DNA of 64,000 nt from Trichodelitschia bisporula (lineage: Eukaryota): contig ML996692.1 in NCBI GenBank assembly GCA_010356995.1, forward strand, positions 186,001-250,000, written 5' to 3'. The notes under the pieces are model-generated. The model saw nothing but the letters and a program-made list of their open reading frames with translations, was not told the DNA's origin and made no database searches. How positions within the stretch are numbered: position 1 is the stretch's first letter; each line of letters begins with the position of its first letter. The translations under genes and the position numbers were made by a program. Positions 36,530-47,858 of this stretch are shown in pieces.

Positions 36530-37624
36530 TCATACATCGGGATCATGCTCACCAAAATATTCAGCATGTTTCACTATCAAGATTCGCAAATTGCTCATGT
36601 CTTCATTTTTCTTCAAGATGCCAGAGTCCCAACCCGACCATGCCCACGGGGTATCCATCCGCAAAGAACTCCAGACGCCGCTCTCATCGCTAGCCGTATC
36701 CAACCCGGGTTTCCAATGATCGTGAATTGGAGTAAAGCTCATCAGGAACTCATCCTCACCCTGGTCCACATCGGAATCTGGCTCGGGGCCGTACTCTTAG
36801 TCGGACTCGGCCGGGTCGTTCTAGCACCAATTGGTGCCACCGGAACGAAAGCCCTTGAACCTGGACTCTCCTTCGATGTCCTCACGAGCGTCGTCGAAGG
36901 CGGCCCGATTCCCGATCTCCCCAATGACGGGCTCTTCCTTGGCGGCGAGAGTATTTTTGGGCCCGTCATCCCGAGAGCCGCAGGTGCCGAAAGTGGCGGG
37001 CGCCTCGTCGGCCTCCCCCTCATCGTCGGAAGCTGTGTCCTTGTAAGAATTGCAATCAGAGCACTGACAGGAGCTTCACTTACATTCTGACCCATCGTCA
37101 TCAACGGGAGGCTTGAACATGTTGCGATATGTGAAAGGAACGGAGCTTGGCTCGCGCTCGGCAGAACCGCCTGAAGCAGCCGTCTCGTAGCTGGCGCCTT
37201 CTCTGTCGGTGGTGGGCTCCGTGATTGTGGTGTTTGACGCCTTGGGCAATTCGCCCTGGATGGGGTCGGGAGTCGGCGTGCCGCTGTTCTCGGACCCAGT
37301 CGAACAGTTCGGGTCAAGGTTCTCCCAGTCGGAGAGTGAGGTGCGACTCATCGCAGCCTCCATGGACTCGCCCATGGCATTCGAAGAGCTGACGATTCCC
37401 GTAGTGTTGGTGATGCCCGAGCTGCACAGGTTGATGGCGCTGCCGACGAGCTTTGAGGCGCCGCGGACGGGAGCAAGTCCTGCGAGTTTTACGCCGTGAA
37501 CGGCATTCGCTATTTGTTGATAAGTAACTGTTTTGCAGAGGTGTAGGCGATGAAGATTGAGGCGCTTACAAGCTTTGGCTTTTGTCCTGAGGGAAAGGCC
37601 CATCAGGTTGGACCAAGAAGGCAT
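36530..37624 (-). pseudogene. Hypothetical acidic protein gene, possibly pseudogenised (in-frame TAG 36823-36821 and TAA 36799-36797)
   Basis: ATG at 37624; GTAAG-donor introns 37569-37510 and 37083-37033; one frame stays Asp/Glu-rich across two stops to TGA at 36530. Confidence 0.45.
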
Positions 37625-37656
37625 TGTCGCAGCTGGTGTGCTTGTGCGGTGAAGCA

Positions 37657-37746
37657 GCAGTGATGAAGCTCACAGTGATGTGGCTAGCAGTGATGAAGCT
37701 CACAGTGATGGAGCAGACAGTGATATGGCTGACAGTGATGGAGCTG
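37657..37746. repeat. 15-bp minisatellite (CAGTGATGRAGCTSA-like, about 6 units)
   Basis: cagtgatgaagctca cagtgatgtggctag cagtgatgaagctca cagtgatggagcaga cagtgatatggctga cagtgatggagctgg. Confidence 0.85.
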
Positions 37747-39929
37747 GCGGCGATAATGACTGACTGAAGGAGATGTGGATGTTGTGATGAGGAAGTAAAG
37801 AAGTCAAAGTGTTTCTTAAATAGTCCTGGAAGACACGAACGCGTGAGCACTGTTATAGTTTGTGTGTATAAGTCGCGTACGCAGCGCGAGTAACAGAATC
37901 CGACGGAAAGCATCGTGTGAGGCCATCAAGGCGAGAGCCTTCTGGAAGCACTGCGGATGTTTTTTCTTGGATGACCAGGGAAATATATTACGCTGTCGAG
38001 AAGTTGGAAATCGTCTACTGGACAGGGATAGTGTGGAACATCCAGAGGTTTGACATAGTTCAGATATTCGGTGGGCGAAGGCTGAACTTGACCTACCCCT
38101 CTTTAGTGTTCGACCTTGCATCTGAACCATTACTGACTTATCCAAGTCACTCCCCTAAACGCAAGGGAAAAGAGCATTCTGCAGCTCTACAAGCATGGTA
38201 TATCCGGCGGCTCGGACGGGGTTAGTATTTTGAATGAGGTGCCATGACAGTGCGGCAGAACAATTGTACTGTCCCTCGTGCGACTGACAATCCGTCAGCA
38301 TGGCAACACGTACCATGAAGACTGTGACTATAGGAGCCCCACCTAGAGTTGTGTTGCCGTGAGCAGCTGGCCAGGGTACGGTACATGACCTTTCGCTACT
38401 GGGGCAGAGTATATGATGTCAAAATTCTAAGTACCTGGAGATGGTGACTCTTGCATTATGAAATGTTTGATCAACAAGCTAGAAAGCTACCGCGATTGTC
38501 TCATTACTTGGACAGCGGCAGTTACAGGAGAGTTTTGAACTGCCAAAGAGATAAGGTTCCCATGATTTTTAGGACAACCCCATTTGATTCATCGTCCACC
38601 TCTTCAGATGAATATATGGCGCCTGCGCACAAAATCTCTACCACAAAGTCAAAAACAGAGAGTGAAAGCTAAGAACCTTGAGCAAATGAACCATCAAAGA
38701 AACGGGAAACGGACTTGTAGTTAGCAGGAAACCGCTTTCAAAAATGAAGGCGAATTTTGTTGGTGTTCTTGTCGCGGGTCGCCGGAATCCGTGGTCACTG
38801 CTGATGCCGAAAGGCCATCATCACCTTTGCCGCTGGATTATACAACTGCATGGTTCCGGTGGGTTTATCAAAGCTTTGTTCCTGAAGAAATATATAGCGG
38901 GACTGTGCTTCTTTCATTGTGCTTGAACGGCCCATTCACGGGCTTTGCTTGTGAAGTGGCTTCTGTGATGTGAATTTCTGGGTTGCAGTTTATACGTGAG
39001 ATTTTCTACTCAGAGTTCCAAATGACAACCATGGCTTCTTCCCTGGGGCTTTGCTCTGCTTTGAAAATTGTTTTCAGAGTGCCCTTGGCAACATCGTTCT
39101 GCTTGGTAGAGTATGCGCTCGGTCCGCATGCTCACCGCTGGTTCGAACATCTGAAGACATATATTGAACGACAGTCAAGTACGAAGTTATAAGAGACGAG
39201 GTCAATATACCCAAGCGGCACTATATCAACATCGCTAGAGCATACGAGGCCCTTTGCTATGCGGACCAGACGTACGAGCCTTATAAATATACAGGTCAGT
39301 AGGTACACCGAAATGTTGGGACTTCGCTTAACAAGCTTTAGATTCATCTGCGTTGTTGCAACTTATACCCTTTCCGAAACGACCATGTGGGCGACGTGGC
39401 ATTTCCCCGGTGGGTATGGATCTGGCAAGACTAGGGCGTCGTCAACCATGGTCGACCTCAGCCTTGCCCAGCCTCGTGGGGTGAGCCCGTGGTAAGATCG
39501 CTATTGCGCACCCCCCCCCCCCCCGCAAACATGGAGACGGAGCTTACCCACGCATGCTAGGGTAGGTTGAGATGATATGTGTCGTCCGACATGCACCGGT
39601 TCCACGTTTTCTCCAGGGACAAACCTGAGGCCGCGACACGCAACACGCGTTGCCAAGATATCAACAAGTCGTCCAGGTGACGAAGCAGTCTGGGTCCTTC
39701 TATACTGGTGCCGAGCTTCCACAGTTGTTGCTAGGACCCAAGGGTTCGTTGTGGACGTGTTTATATTTTATATTTCCTGCGGCCACTTCACAACCGTCTC
39801 CTCCACAACACATCTCACCACGACATTCTCAGATCCCCTCATCTTCACCCACGCAGCTTCACAACTTGACCAAAGCACATCACAAGCTGCCACTTGCACC
39901 ATCACAGTCACCAACACCTTTTCCCTTTA

Positions 39930-40047
39930 AAACCCCACTTCCGAGTTCATCTCCGATATCCTTCGCCAAAACGCCACATCCGATTTCATCCCCGACATCC
40001 TTCACCAAAACCCCACATCCACCTTCATCTCCGACATCCTCAACCAT
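39930..40047. repeat. 39-bp tandem repeat, 3 copies, upstream of the 40067 ORF
   Basis: aaaccccacttccgagttcatctccgatatccttcgcca / aaacgccacatccgatttcatccccgacatccttcacca / aaaccccacatccaccttcatctccgacatcctcaacca. Confidence 0.85.
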
Positions 40048-40066
40048 CACCTCGACCATCGATACG

Positions 40067-42148
40067 ATGCATTCTTACGTTTGGCTTGTCACCATGAGCG
40101 AGGCTCGGCAAGAGTGGATGCGGGAATTTTATTCCAACATCGACCTCTGGCTGATGAGGAGCATCCCCGACCACCTCCTTGCCATGAAGCTTCCCGACGA
40201 GCGTCCCCGAGTGCTCCGCGAGAAAGCCCCTCCGAATGAGGAGCTCCTCCCTGGGGATTTCGAAGCCCTGGGTCTATACCACGAGTGCGTCCATGAGCAC
40301 TCAAATGAGTGCCCATACCTCTGCTCAGAGATATGCTCGGCTGACTGCCCGGATGTGTGCTGGCCCGGTTATGCCGAGCACCTGAAGGCGATTGTCTTCG
40401 ATCTCCCCGAGCGGCTTGAAGAGTTCCCAGAGGAGCTCCAGGACCTCGTCTTTCGGTACTGGAGCGACGATGACTGGTCCGATTACGAGTACCCGAACAA
40501 GTTTATCACAGACAGCGACGGGGAGTACGGGACCTACCGTTTGGACATGCTCGACCTTGAGCCATGGCGGAGGCTGATACCGACCCGCCCGTGGAGCATC
40601 GAAGAGGACGAGTGGTGGCGCCTTGAACCTACGGAGCACAAACCTAGGGTGGACCATGTCGCGGAATACGCGAAGGAATTCGACCCGTGGGGTCGTCCCG
40701 TCAAGGACCTGCCGGCCGATCAGAACCCAGAGGGCTCTGAAGAAGCGGAATGGGACGGTGAAGAAGCCGAGTGGGATGGCGAAAAAGTCCCTGCGGACGC
40801 TGAAGAAGCTCCTGTGGACGCGCAAGAAGCCCATGTGGACGCGCAAACCCCTGAGGACGCGCAAGAAGCCCCGTTGAACACCGAAGAGGCCGAGTTGGAC
40901 GCTGAAGAGGCCGATTTGGACACTGAAGAAGACCACTCGGACTCTCAGCCTATGAGCGACGATCTTGCCGGTATCTACGACGAGTGGGGCCTTCCCATGG
41001 AGACGCTCCCAGACAATATTGACCCCGGGAGCTCCCAAAAATCCTTCTCGGACCCTGAGCCCCACCACGAGGAGTACGGCCCAAACGGCAATTACTTCGA
41101 ATTTGGTTTTGACGACGACCAAGACTTCATCGCCAGCGGGGACACCGACTGCATCGTGGATACCGACGCCGAGGGCTCCAACATTGCCACAGACGAAGAT
41201 TTCCGTCCCCTTGGCGCACGTGGCCAGTACGAGAGCGGCTGGGTTGAGGAGAGCGAGGTCGAAGATGACGTGGCCGAAGGCAGTTCCAAGGATCAGGTCC
41301 TGGAGTCCTTCAAGGGCCGGATGATCACTTGGCCTGAGTCCAAGGGCCTCGATGAGGACGAAGATGGGGGTTACGACGCCGACACGGAAGGGGAGGAGGA
41401 CGACGCTCCCGAGGCCAGCGTGCCCTGCGGCCAGAGCATCAACGGCAAGACCGAACCAAAGGGCCAGAGCACCAAGGACGAGCCCGAACCCAGCGCCCAG
41501 AACCACAACGACGAGTCCGAGCCCCAGGAGAAGGTGGTAGACCTTGCCAGGGCCAAGGAGTTCAGAAAGTTCCTCGCAGAGCTGATCGACGAGGAGGAGA
41601 GGACCAAGTGCATCGCGTCCGATACCGATGTCGACAACACTCCCGGAGAATGCACCACTTCAGAAGCGGAAATAATGCCTGAGGGCCACGGCGAGGATAT
41701 CGTCCAGCCTCGATACTTTGTCTCCAACAACGTCGAAGGCCTGCTCGAAGCCGAACAGGACTTGTGGGAGTACGGCGATGACGGCTACGACGGCTGTGAC
41801 GGGTACTTCGAGGAAGAGTACGACGATGAGGATGACCAGTGGGAGGCTCCAGAGCCGGCGCCCGTTCTTCCGTACGACGGGGACTTCTATGGCTTGAAGT
41901 GGCGCGACCTGGACTGGGAGGGTGAGACTCCCGAGGACGTCGGATACTATGGCTGGTGGACGGATGACTTCGAGCCGGACCTGGACTCCAGAGACCCAGA
42001 AATCGTTGTCATGGCTAGGTTCCTGGTTTGGATGGATGGATTCGGACCGGAGGACGGAATCGGTGAGGCATATGAGGAGGACCCGGAATGCAATGTGGAG
42101 CCGTTTCCAGAGGACGGGGGGATGTATGATCCCGGGGCGGTGGGGTGA
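40067..42148 (+). CDS. Hypothetical very acidic, Trp-rich protein (about 693 aa) with a Cys/His cluster and heptad repeats
   Basis: Uninterrupted ORF with GAG/GAC codon bias from ATG 40067 (frame is open from 39650); 'HECVHEHSNECPYLCSEICSADCPDVC'; EEAEWDG repeats. Confidence 0.75.
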   Translation: MHSYVWLVTMSEARQEWMREFYSNIDLWLMRSIPDHLLAMKLPDERPRVLREKAPPNEELLPGDFEALGLYHECVHEHSNECPYLCSEICSADCPDVCWPGYAEHLKAIVFDLPERLEEFPEELQDLVFRYWSDDDWSDYEYPNKFITDSDGEYGTYRLDMLDLEPWRRLIPTRPWSIEEDEWWRLEPTEHKPRVDHVAEYAKEFDPWGRPVKDLPADQNPEGSEEAEWDGEEAEWDGEKVPADAEEAPVDAQEAHVDAQTPEDAQEAPLNTEEAELDAEEADLDTEEDHSDSQPMSDDLAGIYDEWGLPMETLPDNIDPGSSQKSFSDPEPHHEEYGPNGNYFEFGFDDDQDFIASGDTDCIVDTDAEGSNIATDEDFRPLGARGQYESGWVEESEVEDDVAEGSSKDQVLESFKGRMITWPESKGLDEDEDGGYDADTEGEEDDAPEASVPCGQSINGKTEPKGQSTKDEPEPSAQNHNDESEPQEKVVDLARAKEFRKFLAELIDEEERTKCIASDTDVDNTPGECTTSEAEIMPEGHGEDIVQPRYFVSNNVEGLLEAEQDLWEYGDDGYDGCDGYFEEEYDDEDDQWEAPEPAPVLPYDGDFYGLKWRDLDWEGETPEDVGYYGWWTDDFEPDLDSRDPEIVVMARFLVWMDGFGPEDGIGEAYEEDPECNVEPFPEDGGMYDPGAVG
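40739..40930 (+). repeat. Coding 21-bp repeat (EEAxxDx, about 9 units)
   Basis: gaagaagcggaatgggacggt gaagaagccgagtgggatggc ... gaagaggccgagttggacgct gaagaggccgatttggacact. Confidence 0.85.
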
Positions 42149-42603
42149 CTTTGCTGAGAAGGTGTGAAATTTCGGAGTCAGGAAATGGACAGGTCGCTTG
42201 ATACCCCTAAGCCAGAGTTTACCTTTGGCGCTCACCCTACGCTGAAAAATAAAATAAGATTTCAAACTTGTTGATGGTGACATTACGTGAATAAAAGGCC
42301 ATATGAGGTGAGCGGGGCCAGTAGCAGTCCTTACATTGATGATATCACTAAGCATAATGATCCAAAAGTAAGCTGTTCAGCAATTTTATTCACGATGTAG
42401 ATACAAGAGGCCCACCTGATAACGCCCAATAGCAAGTAACAGTTACACAAGACTCCGATAATGCCTTGACGTGCCACAAATCCCCAGAGAGCATCCAAGC
42501 ATAGGCTCAACACCGAACCATTCCAGAGCACGAGGGCTAAAAGGGAACGGTTATGAACGAAGCAGAATTTAGACAGTGTAGCTAAGGTAAGCATAGCTGA
42601 TGT

Positions 42604-44487
42604 TCACCAAATAAACGACGCAAGAGTCAATGCCCATGCCGTAACGAGACTTAACCGGGTAAACCCGCGAGCAGGAGCGGAAATGACCTTGGTATTCCAG
42701 GGAGCAGACTGGTTGAAGGTCAAGACACCGGGCTCATTAGGAGGCTTCTGCTTAGAGAGAAGGCCAAAGCGGAGGAAGACTTCAGAGCAGGTGACAAAAA
42801 TAGAGAGGAGAATGAGGATGATGATGATCCAGGTAATATCTGGGACAATTAGCTTCGGTATGGAATGCCAGAGGACGGCATACGAGTCATCTTCTTGTCC
42901 GCAATGGAGTCGCTCAGGATTTCGGCAAGATCCAGGAATACACGGCATCGTTCGTTCAAGGACTTGATCCGAGGGTTGATTTCAAGATATTCGCGAACTG
43001 CCGAGTACAAGGGATGGAGGGTGGGTTCGCTGTCCCAGAAGAAATTCGGGACGTCGAGCACGTTGGACGCTAATCAGTCAGCAGGAGAAGAGTTGCAAGG
43101 GTAGGACGTACACAAATTTACATCCACACGACTCGTGAACAGCCGCCCAAGCATCTTGACTACTTCTTCGCGGTTCATCCCCAGACTCCCGGTGGAGGCG
43201 AGCCTCCGTGGTACAGGCTGTGCTTGCTGCATTGTAATGTCCATGCGCTCTTCAAAGGATGACAGTTTTGTGCTCTGAGCAATCGCATGTGACATTGCAA
43301 GCTTGACCATGTGATCGCCATAGCGAAGTGTGATCATGTCGTTGTAGATTCGGGGCCGGGAGATGTGCTTGTTGTACTCAAAATGAAACTCTTCGGTCTC
43401 AAAGTCTTCGGCTGATGCCGGCCGCGTGACGAGTGAGATACCCGTCTCGTGCGCCGAGAATCCCAAGTCGGCCAGAATATCTTTCTCCTGCCGCTCGGTA
43501 AAGTTCCAGAAAACTGCAACTCCGTAGCTGTAGACGAACATTTCGGCAAAGGGGAGCGAGCTGGGGGCGATTCCACCAGGGGACGGAGCGCGGATCGTGT
43601 TGTCTCGGATGCGGTAGTCTTCCGGGCTTGTAGGCAGGACGAGTTCTCCCTCGCCATCTTCATGCCGAACACCGTATTGCACTCGGTCCCCAAAGTAACC
43701 CTCATGATACTCTCGTCGCTCGTTGCGCTCAATTTCTTCGTCGAGAACAGACTTGCCTCCCGGGCTCTTGAGAGCCGGACTGCTCCGCAAGCGGTATCCG
43801 TCATTTCCAGGGAGGAGCGGGAGATGGTAGACCGTATACAAGCAATCGTCGTACAGCTTCGTTCTCGCGCCATGTTTTGCCTTTACAAACTCGGCCGTTG
43901 CTTTTAGCTTGTACGCCTCCGCCGTGCAGTACGCCGTCACCCGGGAGAGCTTCTCCGCGCGGCGCGCCTTTGGCAGTCTCTCTGCATACGACTTGTCGTA
44001 CGGTCCAGGTCTCCGCAAACCAGCCAGCTCCTCATCTTTCGGGGGTGCACTGTCCTCGTCGCGGTCAAATGCAGCCTTTTCCTCGTCTACTGCGTCTGTC
44101 TCTGGTATGAGTACCAGTTTCTCCGACACCTTGGATGTGCGAGTGGGAATGTGCTGAGGCACGAGTCTGCCAGTGAGCTTCGGATCCAGCGGATGGCGAC
44201 CACTTGGAGTGCGATGGGATTGAGGTCGTTCCGGCGGATTGCGGCGTTGGGCTGAGGGTATGTCACTGGAGTACTGCAGGACGTTGTCGACGCTGATGCC
44301 AGTACGGGGCCGGGGGCCCGGAGCACGCGGCGGCCCCCGGGCATGGCCGCCAAAGGAATTAGTAGGCTGCGACATTGTTAGCTGACTAAAATGATACGGT
44401 GCAGCAATGGCCCGTGGATGATTGAGGGAATGGACTCACCAGCGACGCGTGAGAGCGCCGTGGCGCCTGCACACTACCGGAAGCCAT
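42604..44487 (-). CDS. RMD8: DUF155 family protein, Rmd8/Sif3-like, 4 exons
   Basis: 'RVTAYCTAEAY', 'FVYSYGVAVFWNF', 'ETEEFHFEY', 'KLAMSHAIAQSTKLS', 'LDVPNFFWDSEPTLHPLY...YLEI.PRI..LNERC' and a C-terminal TM; first exon MASGSVQAPRRSHASL. RMD8 versus RMD1 was judged from memory. Confidence 0.85.
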
Positions 44488-45246
44488 TGGATCAGAGGAT
44501 AACAAAAGGATCGGCTATGACTCAATGAGCAGCATGCTTTTAGCGGGCAAAGAAGAAGTCGAAGTGGTGTAGAGCGGGGTAGAGTTGTGAAGCGCAGAAG
44601 CTGGTTGTCTCCTCTCGTCGAATTTTGGGCCGAGCGCTGGACGTCATCCGCGCGTGGGGTTGGTGAGATGAGATGAGATAAGATCAGATTAAGGCCTTGC
44701 TGCCTGAATTTGATGTTTCAACCTCCGCGACTTCACTCCTTCTCCACACTCTTGAACTAACTTTAGCCTACAAGGATTCAAGAGCTCCATTCAGGCCCTC
44801 TGGATTTCTTTGATCAAAAATACCTTAAGGGGAAGCAGAGCATCGGTGTCGTCATTTTCCAAGCCGATTCACTCTGGAGCTACGCTCCGCAAAGTGCCTC
44901 TCAATAGTCCAAGCGACGACTCTGGCACAAAGGCTACACGAGAACAAAGGACTCCCGGCTTGCATCCTCATGGCTTTGTCTTCCAGGTGCTACAAATGCG
45001 GACTAATACCAAAGCGGAAGTCACGACGAGAGCGCTCCATTTCTATGACAGTCACGGCCGCATGGCCCCTGATCCTCCCTTCCCTTAGACTCTAGACACC
45101 TGAACAGCCGAGGACACCCCTTCGAGCCATCTATTTCCGGATCTGCAACGGGATGGACCGCATGCCCCGCAAAATCCTTCGCAGGCAGATCTTGGGCGGC
45201 CAGATACTAGGCCGCGGAGACTGAGCCGAATCGTAGGCTGAGCGCC

Positions 45247-45300
45247 GACCGAACAGGCTACGTAGACCGAACAGACTAGGCCGACCGAAGAGACTACGTT
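45247..45300. repeat. 18-bp tandem repeat, 3 copies
   Basis: gaccgaacaggctacgta gaccgaacagactaggcc gaccgaagagactacgtt. Confidence 0.7.
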
Positions 45301-45952
45301 GAGTGATTAAAATATGCTAACGTACTATACACGGACTTCAGTTTCTTCTATTAGCAAGTAGTACACGAAACTGCAGCTTTCATCTCAGTCCACCCCGCAT
45401 TTCCCATCCATAAACAGCCTCATGATCGCCCCCAGGATACCCGTTGACACAACTCGTTTTCCAATTCTTCGAAACACACGAGTCGCTCTCTCCCCGGTTC
45501 CAGGGGCAGAGTCTTCAGCATACCCAGTGGCGATCTCCGTGTGGATGCCTGTTATTTCCCTCACAACTCCTTTCCGAGCTCACCTCGCCGGCATCCGGGC
45601 TCGTCGTGATCCACCTTCCGCATCGGGACGGAAACGTTCAGATGATTCTACCCGAAGGCAGGAGGTCTAAAACTTACCAACATCTAGAATACGCCGACCG
45701 GAGAAGCCTACGACGTGACAGTGAAATACTAGCGGTCAGCATGACTAGTGAACCTTACCATGGCCCAGGACGAGCCGAGTCGCGGCGGACGCAGGCCATT
45801 TCCGCGGGCCATCGGACGGCCATCCACATCTGCGTAGGGTATATCTGATCCTGTCAATGGGAATATAAAATCGCCCGAGCCTCGTCTCCCATATCAGCTT
45901 CCCCAAATCATACCTCAACTCCTTCACCTAACCAATCCGCACCGACTCCGAA

Positions 45953-46668
45953 ATGACCAAACTCACCTTCTTCCTCAGCCTCCTGGCCCTCACCTCCGCC
46001 GCCACCCTCCCCTCCCGCTCCCCTCGCGGCACACGTACCGAATCTCAGCGCGCGGGCCCTGTAGCTGCCGGCCCCGTAACCGTCATCCCAGGGCCCGGCA
46101 TGCCGAGCCTGGCCTCGCTCGGCGTGACATCGGAGCAGCTATTCAGTGCCGACTTTACCGGTCCGCGCCCTCTCCACCTCCCACAATACCACGCTAACAC
46201 CCAACCAGACCCCCACGCCACGTCCCCCTCCTCCGTCCTGCACAAGCGCCAGTCCTACTGCTCGCTGACCTACCCCGCCTCGCGCGCCAACGCCATCGCC
46301 TGCCGCAACTATCTGATCCAGACGGGGACGTTTACGTGCAGCAGCGGACCGGATTTCAGCGTCCTCTGCACAGCCGGGGATAGCGAGATCTTGGGGTGGA
46401 ATTATTATAACCTGAATGGTGGGGTGAATACCCAATGCAGTGATGCGGCGGTGGCGGCGAGCTGGGTTATTGACAATTGCTCAAGCTGTCCCGGGGATAG
46501 CTGCGATGTTGAGGGTAAGTGGAAGGCCAATGTGGTGGGATGTGCTGATCGTGTGCAGGTTCGCATCCGGCGACGTATAATTCCAACTTTGTGGTTTATG
46601 TGGATGAGTCGGTCGCACTGCGGGGTGTATCTGGGGGGCCGAGCACGCCGACGGGTGCTCAGCAATGA
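45953..46668 (+). CDS. Small secreted cysteine-rich protein; probable introns 46161-46208 and about 46515-46558
   Basis: Signal peptide; propeptide 'VIPGPGMPSLASLGVTSEQL'; Kex2 site LHKR; mature part with 8 Cys; spliced tail GSHPATYNSNFVVYVD...QQ*. Confidence 0.8.
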
Positions 46669-47858
46669 CCGAGAAGCTCGCGATCGTCTGCTGCAGATTC
46701 TACACACTGTGGCATCAGTTCCCAGAACTCGGCATGTTGTGTATGAACTTACTAGCTCGAAGTACGTGTAACCAAAATGTGCGCTGTCACGGTACTTGAC
46801 ATCATGGAAACGAGTCGTGATAATTATCAGTAAAACGCAATACCGAATGCGTTAAAGCTCGTCCTTTGCAACGATAACGCTAAGCAACTTGGTGGACTAC
46901 GGGTTCCCAACTCGATCACCTGCACTTCCAGATCCGGGCCGCTTTATATTTGTCATGACGTATTTCTCTTTGTCTTTGAATGGGAGCAAGGCTCGTAAGC
47001 AGGCAACGGCAACTGTGTAAACTGAAGATTGAAGTAAAGATGATGTGGACATGGAACGAGCAGTGTTATGTCAGGAAGGTATGTACTAGAACTAGGGTTC
47101 ATGATGTAATGAGCGCATGACAGAAGGAAGGAGCAAAGGAGGATACTTGGCATCGCATATTTAAGTCGCGAGAGTTCTCTTCTTCTCTTTCTCTCTGTCT
47201 TTACTTTCAATCTTCAGTATCACGATTGCCTTCGCACGTAAATAAGCCTTGACTTTCATTCACGGTCCTCATAGAATTGCGAGCTGTACTCGACCGTAGA
47301 GCGCGGCTCGAACGAAATACAACCTCGGTGCTGCAGGTGACACTGCTTCATATGGGGCTCACAAGGCCCTGAAGAGGTGCCATGGCATTTTTCCTCCTCG
47401 CTCTTGAGTCCAAGGGCTATGCCAAAACGTCATGGCGCTCCCCTCGTCGCGTATGAATACCATTTCGCTGCGTGGGAAGAGAACCGGCTGGACTAAACGT
47501 AAGATAGGGGGAAGGGGGGAAGATGAGGGGGTTACAGTTATACCTAATGACTCGATTCTCACAGAACGCAAGCCGTAGTCGATTTAAAGCAGCTCGACGA
47601 AAGACTTGGTTGGTGTTGCTGATGACACTCTTCTCAGCGATGCACGCGCATAGGCCTGGGGAGATGTCACAACTTCTTCGCCCTCAGTCTACCGGGTATC
47701 CTCTTCAAAGAACCAGCACCGCCTTGCTCTCATAATCCACCGGCGTTTCCACAGCATCTATTTTCATCCATCCAGCCCAATGTTCCCAAGTCCAACGCCT
47801 TAAATGCCCGCTAATCAACTCACAGCCCGATAGGTATCACGCTCTCGCCTCCCTCTCG

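Noticed and set aside
40325..41506. 393-aa hydrophobic minus-strand ORF resembling a membrane protein
   Set aside because: Antisense of GAG/GAC-rich codons produces Leu/Val runs artefactually.
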